64,000 bases of DNA, from the IMG/VR virus record IMGVR_UViG_3300028805_003982, one strand, 5' to 3'. The position numbers were made by a program, and so were the translations under genes. This stretch comes from a virus (Duplodnaviria > Caudoviricetes). A model generated the notes under the pieces. It did no database searches. It was given only the letters and a program-made list of their open reading frames with translations, and was not told the origin of the DNA. Below, one piece after another: positions 57,145-63,922 of this stretch (positions within the stretch are counted from its first letter, which is position 1; each line of letters begins with the position of its first letter).

Positions 57145-58164
57145 ATGAAATACATGACACCTGAAGAATACTGGCACATTCCTGCCGAAGAAATGGAAGT
57201 TTTATCTCCCGAAAGGGAACAGGACCTTGCAAGACGCGCCCGCAACGGGGACAGTACTGCAAGGGATGAGTTGGTCTCGCATAATTTAAGGCTTGTAATG
57301 TCGCTGGCCAATAAAGCCACGTCTTCCGGAGTAGGCGTCGACCAAGACGATAAGATCCAGGATGGCATGATGGGGCTGATGCGTGCGATAGAATCCTTTG
57401 ACCCGGATCTGGGTTTCAAATTTTCAACCTATGCCGTTTGGTGGATCAATCAGGCGATCGGAAGAGGCATCGCTAATGGAGACAGAGCCATAAGGATTCC
57501 CGTTCATGCATTGGATCGTCTTAACGCCATGAATAAGTTCCGCAAACAGTACCAGCAGGAAACCGGTGAGATCCCGGATAGGGAAACGATGCGAAACGCT
57601 TTTTCGGACCTGTCTGAAGATACTTTCAACCTGTTGTACAGCGGCTGCGTGGAACCGTTATCTCTTGATAATGTCGTAAGGCCCGACGAAGGAGAAGACG
57701 GAACCGTCGGCGATCTGATAGCTTTTTATAATGCGGATATAATGGCCGGGGATACCGTGTCTTCCGTAGAACGTGACAATGAATTGGAAGATCTGAAACG
57801 CAGAGTCCTCTTTGCTGTTGAAACATATCTCGATCCCAGAGAGCAGGAAGTCATCAAATGCAGATTCGGCCTTTGCGGCAGACCCATCTCGACTTTACAG
57901 GATGTCGGCGAAAAGATGGGCATCACACGGGAGCGAATCCGTCAGATAGAAAACAAGGCCCTGCGCAAACTCCGTATGAAAGGGTATAACATGCTTAACG
58001 GCCTCGATGGACACGAATTTCCGAAGATCAGGGTCGAGTCAAAACAGGACTTCAACAATATCCAGGTCGGTACCGGAGGGGGCTATGCAGGTATGTCAAA
58101 AGGGGAGAGGATCGAGCGCCCCTCTGACGGTCAACATAGTTTCGGTTCCGGTTCAAACTTGTGA
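57145..58164 (+). CDS. Sigma-70 family RNA polymerase sigma factor, RpoD/RpoS-like regions 1.2-4 (...SGSNL)
   Basis: LV.HNLRLV..LA, IQDG.MGLMRAIE.FDP.LGFKFSTYAVWWI.QAI, IRIPVH, TLQDVG..MGITRERIRQIE.KALRKLR. Confidence 0.93.
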   Translation: MKYMTPEEYWHIPAEEMEVLSPEREQDLARRARNGDSTARDELVSHNLRLVMSLANKATSSGVGVDQDDKIQDGMMGLMRAIESFDPDLGFKFSTYAVWWINQAIGRGIANGDRAIRIPVHALDRLNAMNKFRKQYQQETGEIPDRETMRNAFSDLSEDTFNLLYSGCVEPLSLDNVVRPDEGEDGTVGDLIAFYNADIMAGDTVSSVERDNELEDLKRRVLFAVETYLDPREQEVIKCRFGLCGRPISTLQDVGEKMGITRERIRQIENKALRKLRMKGYNMLNGLDGHEFPKIRVESKQDFNNIQVGTGGGYAGMSKGERIERPSDGQHSFGSGSNL

Positions 58165-58310
58165 AAATTCATAAAATCGAAAGAAAATTAAGAAAAAAAG
58201 TTGCGAAACTTCGGTTTTTGCCCCCGGGTTCTTTAGATGCGTGTGTTATTTTATAAGTAAGAACAACAATTTCTTGCCGGGATGGTCCGGAGAGAAAGGA
58301 GGCAAAGACT

Positions 58311-58517
58311 ATGAAGAGCATGTTATGGGTAATCCTGGTATACGACAAATGTATGCGTATGGAAGAGACACAGAGGGAAAGAGAGTTCAAAGATACTCCC
58401 GATCTCAAGCGTTACTGCCAGATGGCCGCAGACCTGATCGATACTTCCGATTATCACAGGAATTTTTATTCCAGGTTATCCGAGGATCGCTTGGCTTCTG
58501 CCGGACGTGAGATGTGA
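58311..58517 (+). CDS. Small hypothetical protein (...AGREM)
   Basis: AAGGAGG RBS. Confidence 0.6.
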   Translation: MKSMLWVILVYDKCMRMEETQREREFKDTPDLKRYCQMAADLIDTSDYHRNFYSRLSEDRLASAGREM

Positions 58518-58578
58518 CATGGACAATTACCGGGGCAGATCCGGATTGTATATATTTGAATAAAGGAGACATAAATCT

Positions 58579-59019
58579 ATGAATTGTGTTATGCTTACCG
58601 GACGTCTTACTAAGGACGTCGAGCTGATCGTTAAGGATGAGAACCGTTGTCATACATCGTTTGACATCGCCGTTGACCGCAGGTTTCCGGACAAGGAAGG
58701 CAACAAGAAGTGTGACTTTATCAAGTGCATGGCCTTCGGCAGCAGAGCGAAGTTTCTCAGTAACTACTGCAAGCAGGGCGACCTTGTTCTTCTTTCCGGA
58801 ACTTTGGAGACTTCTACTTATGAGAAGGACGGAGTTAAGGTAAAGTCTTACTGCGTAGTCATCGACGGGATCGAACCCCTGTCTAAGAAGAAGAGTCCTT
58901 CTGTCAGCGGAGAGGATTCCGAAGATGCTGATGAGGCGACTTCTGATGCAGCTCCTGCTGAGGGTGATATCAATACCGATACCGGCAGCGATGATGACGG
59001 CACTCTTTTCCAGGTATGA
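58579..59019 (+). CDS. ssb: Single-stranded DNA-binding protein
   Basis: MN.V.LTGRLTKD.EL, F.IAVDR, DFI.C.AFG..A, G.L.T..YEKDG; acidic tail. Confidence 0.9.
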   Translation: MNCVMLTGRLTKDVELIVKDENRCHTSFDIAVDRRFPDKEGNKKCDFIKCMAFGSRAKFLSNYCKQGDLVLLSGTLETSTYEKDGVKVKSYCVVIDGIEPLSKKKSPSVSGEDSEDADEATSDAAPAEGDINTDTGSDDDGTLFQV

Positions 59020-59063
59020 CGTTTTCTGGTATAATCCAACGTATAATTTTTCGGGGGTGATCT

Positions 59064-59276
59064 ATGGATAAGCTGTTTATTCAGATCGGTTTATTTAAGA
59101 TCTGGTATGATCCTGACCTCATTAACATCTCCGACCCGGAGGTAGTCAAGGTTATTGAGGAGTTCAGAAGTAAGTATGCCTGTCTGACTGAGAAGGATCT
59201 GAGCGAGTATGAGGAGAGAGATCTCAGTATCTGGCCGTATCCTTATGACGGCGAGAAATACAGGATCGCTCCGTAA
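59064..59276 (+). CDS. Small hypothetical protein
   Basis: GGGGGTG RBS. Confidence 0.6.
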   Translation: MDKLFIQIGLFKIWYDPDLINISDPEVVKVIEEFRSKYACLTEKDLSEYEERDLSIWPYPYDGEKYRIAP

Positions 59277-59289
59277 GTGCTGATATAAA

Positions 59290-59318
59290 GTTCTAAACTC
59301 CCGTTTAGATGTGATACT
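59290..59318 (+). promoter_or_regulatory. Element-specific promoter (GTTCTA class) inside an RBS-masking hairpin
   Basis: GTTCTAAA; 17 bp to GATACT; CTCCCGTTT/AAACGGGAG and AAAGTTC/GAACTTT stems. Confidence 0.6.
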
Positions 59319-59353
59319 TAAGATATTGGTATCTTCAAACGGGAGGAACTTTT

Positions 59354-59848
59354 ATGTTAAGCGTATATGAACTCAGACCCGGCATGATCTTAAGCGGCAG
59401 GCTGCCGTTTCCCAATGGTGAAATGCCCTGCAAGGACAGGTTTTATATTGTAGCCGCCGTAGAGGATCGCAAAGCATACGTTTGGTATTGTAATTCTCAA
59501 AAACCGTGGCGGCAGCCGGGCCAGTACAATAACGAGTTCTGGTATGGAACTAACGAAGCACCGGTTCCGCCATTCCATAAGGGAGGCGTTTTACAGCTGC
59601 AGAATATAAGAAGGCTTTCCGGTGAGGATCTGGGAAATCTCTCCATCGCTTACGGGGGAAATACGATCCCGTATTCATTATTGATAGATTTTAAGGAAGC
59701 TTTCATAGAAGGCATGGTCTTAGGTAAGTGGCAGATCACCAACCCCAAAAGGATACCGCAGGAGTTTCAGAGAATGATAGATCTTGTGAACAGTCACAGG
59801 ATGGATGTTGAAAAAGAAATGCTAAGTACGTCAAAACGGATGGATTAA
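59354..59848 (+). CDS. Possible PemK/MazF-fold protein
   Basis: G.I....LPFP.G....KDR..IV....YCNSQ resembles the PemK N-terminal pattern; weak. Confidence 0.4.
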   Translation: MLSVYELRPGMILSGRLPFPNGEMPCKDRFYIVAAVEDRKAYVWYCNSQKPWRQPGQYNNEFWYGTNEAPVPPFHKGGVLQLQNIRRLSGEDLGNLSIAYGGNTIPYSLLIDFKEAFIEGMVLGKWQITNPKRIPQEFQRMIDLVNSHRMDVEKEMLSTSKRMD

Positions 59849-59850
59849 AG

Positions 59851-60012
59851 ATGACAAGCAAAAGAAAAAGAGAAGAGATCAGGCTTAAAGACGAGGGGAA
59901 GATAAGGGAGTTTAAAAGAAAACCGCCCATTCCTCCGAATAAAGTCGTTCCTTTGAAAAACAAGGAGAAACTGGAACAGATCATCAGAAAGGAAGCGGAA
60001 AGAGAATTATGA
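59851..60012 (+). CDS. Small basic hypothetical protein, 53 aa (...AEREL); absent from ORF track
   Basis: Starts 2 nt after the upstream stop; the stop overlaps the next ATG. Confidence 0.6.
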   Translation: MTSKRKREEIRLKDEGKIREFKRKPPIPPNKVVPLKNKEKLEQIIRKEAEREL

Positions 60013-60170
60013 TGAAGAACATAAACAATCTGAAACTGAATAAGCGTGAGGAATACGTCAAGACATACAATAAACTGTGCAGCGCTCTGTTCGTGGTTTG
60101 TTTACTCGGTGTGGGTGTTTTTCTGTTTCCCATCATCGTGGGTTTCTTTGTCGGGTTCTTCGGTGGTTAA
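60009..60170 (+). CDS. Small membrane peptide, 53 aa; absent from ORF track
   Basis: Basic N-terminus followed by hydrophobic ALFVVCLLGVGVFLFPIIVGFFVGFFGG. Confidence 0.6.
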   Translation: MMKNINNLKLNKREEYVKTYNKLCSALFVVCLLGVGVFLFPIIVGFFVGFFGG

Positions 60171-60197
60171 GACCAGATCCATTTTAGCGCTTTTACT

Positions 60198-60229
60198 AAC
60201 GGGTCATTAAGACCCGTTTATTTTTTTTT
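60198..60229 (+). terminator. Rho-independent terminator
   Basis: AACGGGTC-ATTAA-GACCCGTT followed by TATTTTTTTTT. Confidence 0.85.
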
Positions 60230-60267
60230 CTTGTATAACACGTTTTGTAAAAAACACTGTTATAATA

Positions 60268-60470
60268 ATAATTGTAGGAAAACAACGGTAATTCCTACGA
60301 CAATTCGCTTGATAAGATCGATTGACTGTTCATTGACATTACCGTGCTTTGCCAACCTTATACCTCTAACGGTCTTGTACGGTCATCGATTTCATACTTT
60401 CTTCTTTCAACGGGCTTCTATTACACCAACCTCTCATTTGTTTTTTATCACCTCAGAAGCCCGTTTTTTA
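60268..60470 (+). ncRNA. Candidate structured small RNA (about 200 nt)
   Basis: TGTTATAAT promoter at 60258-60266; three stems; the last (AACGGGCTTCT/AGAAGCCCGTT) ends in a U-tract; no RBS-supported ORF. Confidence 0.5.
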
Positions 60471-60628
60471 ATGCCCGGATTTTTGAGAAAAACTGATTAT
60501 TAAAATGTTCTGGAACGGGTCGTAAAAAATCCCTGAAACGTCGGTAAAACAAGGTTTTGCTGGGTGTTTAGGTGGTATAATAACAGTGTAGGAAAACAAC
60601 ACGAAACTGGTTTTTAAAGGAGATTTTT

Positions 60629-62062
60629 ATGGCACAGATTACACCCGTTCAGATCAGCATGAATTTCGATATCGCTTCAGAGGTTAAGGCAGGTTCTGCA
60701 TCAACCGTTCTTTCCGCTTTGGCAAAAGAAGGCAAGGCTCTTCAGGAGGCTGCCGATGAAGCCGCCAAGAAGGAAGAGGAAGTTACGAAGGAGAAGACGA
60801 AGAAGGAAGCAGTTGTAGTCAAGACTGTTAAGTTGGCATTAGCGGATTATCCCGATTTCATTTTGGAGAGGGATTATGCACACAAGGTCGTTCAGTTCGT
60901 CTATCTTGTTTCCGCAGGAACCTGTTTCCTTAAAACGATAAACAAGAAGTCCGGCGAGAGCACGACAGAACTCTACACTGATCCTGTTCAGTACACACGC
61001 CTGTTTGACAGGGCTTCGGATAAGGTAGAGTTTTCTGAAGGTTTTTGGATCGGCAAGATCGACGGCAGTATGGATAGTGCCCGTTGGCTTCTGAGCGTTA
61101 TTCGGTCTGAAGATGACCGTAATGTCATCGTTCACAAGGCCGCCAAGTGTAACTATGCAGAGTTTGGTTTTGAGCCTTCCCGTCAGCCTTCGGGCAAGAT
61201 CTACATAGCATTTCCGAAGTTGTTTGATCTTATAATGAAGCTGGTCAACGAAGCCGGTTCTGATCAAAATCTGGTAAGATGTTTTGATTACAATTGCGGA
61301 CGTGCTTTTATTGGTTGGTTGCTTTCAGAGTATGGTCTTGATAATACAAGGGATTACATCAGCTGTGTATTCCAGACCCCGTTGATAACAACAGGCAATT
61401 TCGGTTTCCCCAATGTTTATTCTTGTTCATATCGGATGGACCAAACGGTTGAGGAATTGCGTGAATTCTGCCGTATCAACGCAGATTACAAGCGCTTTAA
61501 GGAGTATACTCTCTATCAGTCAGTGCAGATGGGGTATGGATGGAAGTGGGATGATTTCTTTACGGAATGGGATGATACATTGCGTATGCAGACCTATGTA
61601 TATGGCAAGGTTACTGACAAGTATCCCACATGTCTTCCTATGACCCACAGGCAGCTTTCCACAATGACACAGATCAGGAAGATCGACATTGACGAGATGA
61701 AGTTGGCTAAAGCGTTTGAGACTTGTAAGGTTTTTGAGGGCTTTGTTTGGGACACGGATCTTAAGGTGGTAGCACCCGCAAGCCGTCAGGACATCCTGAA
61801 CGAAGCAACCCGTCAGAGCAACTGTCTGGCAAGTTATATGAATAATATCATCGACGGCAGATCGATAATCCTGTTTGTCCGTAAGAAGGACGATATCGAA
61901 GCATCACACATCACGATGGAACTCGATCCTGTTAACTACACTATCGTACAGTGTAAATATGCGTTTAACCGTGAAGTACCCGTTGATATTCAGAGGAAGA
62001 TCGCCGAACACATCCGTAAGCGTTTGGCAAAGGGAGACGAACAGCAGCAGGCGGTTTGCTGA
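60629..62062 (+). CDS. PcfJ-like domain protein
   Basis: D.L.MQ....YP..L...H, P.S..DI..EA..QSNCLASY...I..G.S.ILFVRK...TMEL...Q.K..FN; AAGGAG RBS. Confidence 0.8.
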   Translation: MAQITPVQISMNFDIASEVKAGSASTVLSALAKEGKALQEAADEAAKKEEEVTKEKTKKEAVVVKTVKLALADYPDFILERDYAHKVVQFVYLVSAGTCFLKTINKKSGESTTELYTDPVQYTRLFDRASDKVEFSEGFWIGKIDGSMDSARWLLSVIRSEDDRNVIVHKAAKCNYAEFGFEPSRQPSGKIYIAFPKLFDLIMKLVNEAGSDQNLVRCFDYNCGRAFIGWLLSEYGLDNTRDYISCVFQTPLITTGNFGFPNVYSCSYRMDQTVEELREFCRINADYKRFKEYTLYQSVQMGYGWKWDDFFTEWDDTLRMQTYVYGKVTDKYPTCLPMTHRQLSTMTQIRKIDIDEMKLAKAFETCKVFEGFVWDTDLKVVAPASRQDILNEATRQSNCLASYMNNIIDGRSIILFVRKKDDIEASHITMELDPVNYTIVQCKYAFNREVPVDIQRKIAEHIRKRLAKGDEQQQAVC

Positions 62063-62069
62063 TATATGA

Positions 62070-62097
62070 GCCCGCCGGTACAAAAAGTATCGGCGGG
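62070..62097 (+). terminator. Probable terminator hairpin
   Basis: CCCGCCGGTAC-AAAAA-GTATCGGCGGG. Confidence 0.6.
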
Positions 62098-62217
62098 AAT
62101 ATTTCTTCTAATTTGTTGTTCAAACGGCGGTAAAACAAGCATTTTTCGGAGTAACGGCTGTTATAATTAAATTATAGGTAAACAACATAAAAACCCACAT
62201 TTTTCAGGAGGTCTATT

Positions 62218-62472
62218 ATGGCAAGGATAATCAACTCCATCGAATATGATACCCCGACGGTTATGGGCAATGTCTCTACGCTCGGATGCTGCGTGGAAGC
62301 TGACAGCTATGAGGAAGCAAAGGCTTTGGCTGTAAAGTTTGCTCAGGAGCATTTCCAGAACAAGATGGAACAGATGCTGGCAACACAGCTTCTTTTGCAG
62401 TCTCTTGAAGAAGAGTATGACACGCCTACGTTTGATGGCTCGGAAGATGACGGTTGGGACGATGATTGGTGA
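62218..62472 (+). CDS. Small hypothetical protein with acidic tail
   Basis: AGGAGGT RBS; own promoter at about 62128-62167. Confidence 0.7.
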   Translation: MARIINSIEYDTPTVMGNVSTLGCCVEADSYEEAKALAVKFAQEHFQNKMEQMLATQLLLQSLEEEYDTPTFDGSEDDGWDDDW

Positions 62473-62609
62473 TATGAGATTTGTTTACGATCAGTAATAT
62501 AAAGGAGGTTTTAGCGCAGGGTGCGGAGGGGTCTCCGCACTCTATCCGTTAAAAGCCGGATGCGCCAAGATTGTGCAAGGTCATTAAGTTAAGGGAAAGG
62601 AAATCGAAA

Positions 62610-62870
62610 GTGAAAATATCTGAAGTAAAACGCATCATAGAAGGTCTTGAAAGATTATCAAGAAATTTGGAAAATTTGCGAGCTCTATCAACAGGTGTTA
62701 TGGCTTCCCTGCCCGATAAAGATAAAGCTTGTGAATGGAGTGAGAAAATAGCAGATATGGCGAATGTAGATTCTTCACTTCCTAATATTTTTCAGGAAGC
62801 AAAAAATGTTACCGATAATGAAATCAATCGGTTGAATGAATTGATTGACAATGCAGACGTGAATCTTTAA
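62610..62870 (+). CDS. Hypothetical helical protein (...ADVNL)
   Basis: AAAGGA RBS before GTG 62610. Confidence 0.6.
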   Translation: MKISEVKRIIEGLERLSRNLENLRALSTGVMASLPDKDKACEWSEKIADMANVDSSLPNIFQEAKNVTDNEINRLNELIDNADVNL

Positions 62871-62907
62871 TTAAATGCCATTGCAAGATTATGTGGGGTA
62901 TATTTCT

Positions 62908-63117
62908 ATGAGCGAAGAAGAAATGATCCTTTTGTTGGCGATCCTTGAAGCACTGTTTGGTGGCGGGGAACAGTTTCCGGACGGTAACGGGTATTCCAAT
63001 AGGGATAAAGAGAAGAACAGCGGGTGTTTCTGCTGTCTGTTTTGCGATGAATGCCCTGACGCTTTCTGCGATAATGCGGTACATTGTGGAAATTACGGTT
63101 ATGAGGTAGAACGCTGA
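62908..63117 (+). CDS. Small Cys-rich hypothetical protein
   Basis: CFCCLFCDECPDAFCDNAVHC; stop overlaps next ATG. Confidence 0.55.
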   Translation: MSEEEMILLLAILEALFGGGEQFPDGNGYSNRDKEKNSGCFCCLFCDECPDAFCDNAVHCGNYGYEVER

Positions 63118-63788
63118 TGAAAACACCAAGAGGCGACATGGCCGCTCCAACACACGTCGAAAAATTAACTAAAGCCAAGTGGGCCGATCTGAATAAATAC
63201 AGAAAAGAAATGTCCGGCAAGAACGTAAATGTCAAACCTGCTTCTTTTGTAAAGGCAGGGGCTTACCGGGATGCTTCTGACAAAAATGCGTGGTCTGAAA
63301 CAAGAAATATTCGGGTTCGCAGGGGCGTTCTTCATAAGGTGATCAAGAAACCTTTTGTTTTTTGTATTTCGTGGCATTTTGCAGGTCAAGGTACTTTTGT
63401 CAGCGATGACGGCAGATATATTATCTCCAAAGCAGGAAGGCTCTGGAGATTGCACGATAATATTTCCCAAGACCTGAGAACTTCAGATTATGAAGCCCGA
63501 TCCTGTTACGGCTGTAAAATCCAGGCTGAACGTCTCATTCAGCGGGAAAAGTATTGTTTAACCCGGTTGTGCCGTATTGTCTGGAGCAAAACGGAAGACG
63601 GATTTGCCAGTCAGCCGGAAGGACGGTTTTTGATATTAAAGGAAAAGAACGGGTACTCGTTATATGACAGTTGGGCAAGAACAAGGAACAAGCCCATCTT
63701 AAAAGGCGTTTCTTTTAAGGATTGTTTTTACCGGGCAGATGACGAGACTGAAATGGAAAAGAAGACCGGAAATTTTGGAAGGAGTTAA
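63117..63788 (+). CDS. Hypothetical basic protein
   Basis: 223-aa coupled ORF followed by hairpin ATGCAATGATT/AATCGTTGCAT-TTTT. Confidence 0.7.
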   Translation: MKTPRGDMAAPTHVEKLTKAKWADLNKYRKEMSGKNVNVKPASFVKAGAYRDASDKNAWSETRNIRVRRGVLHKVIKKPFVFCISWHFAGQGTFVSDDGRYIISKAGRLWRLHDNISQDLRTSDYEARSCYGCKIQAERLIQREKYCLTRLCRIVWSKTEDGFASQPEGRFLILKEKNGYSLYDSWARTRNKPILKGVSFKDCFYRADDETEMEKKTGNFGRS

Positions 63789-63922
63789 AACAGATTATGC
63801 AATGATTTCGTAATCGTTGCATTTTTGTTACATCAATACTATCCGTGGGTATATAATAGGGTTATCTGATAGTTATACTGTATGATGTAATCATATAACT
63901 GATCCAGAAAGGAGATATGAAT

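Noticed and set aside
1295-59318. Reading the CTAAA motif as a host sigma-28 (SigD/FliA) promoter
   Set aside because: The -35 resembles it, but the -10 elements are TATAAT-like, not GCCGATA-like.
60231-60503. 90-aa ORF in the track
   Set aside because: Its TTG start lies immediately after a terminator U-tract with no RBS, upstream of the local promoter. The region is better explained as a structured RNA.
1000-63470. All minus-strand ORFs in the track, including the 318-aa (20394-21350), 332-aa (30069-31067) and 223-aa (53624-54295) ones
   Set aside because: They lie antisense to well-supported + strand genes, lack RBS and motifs, and have shadow-frame composition.
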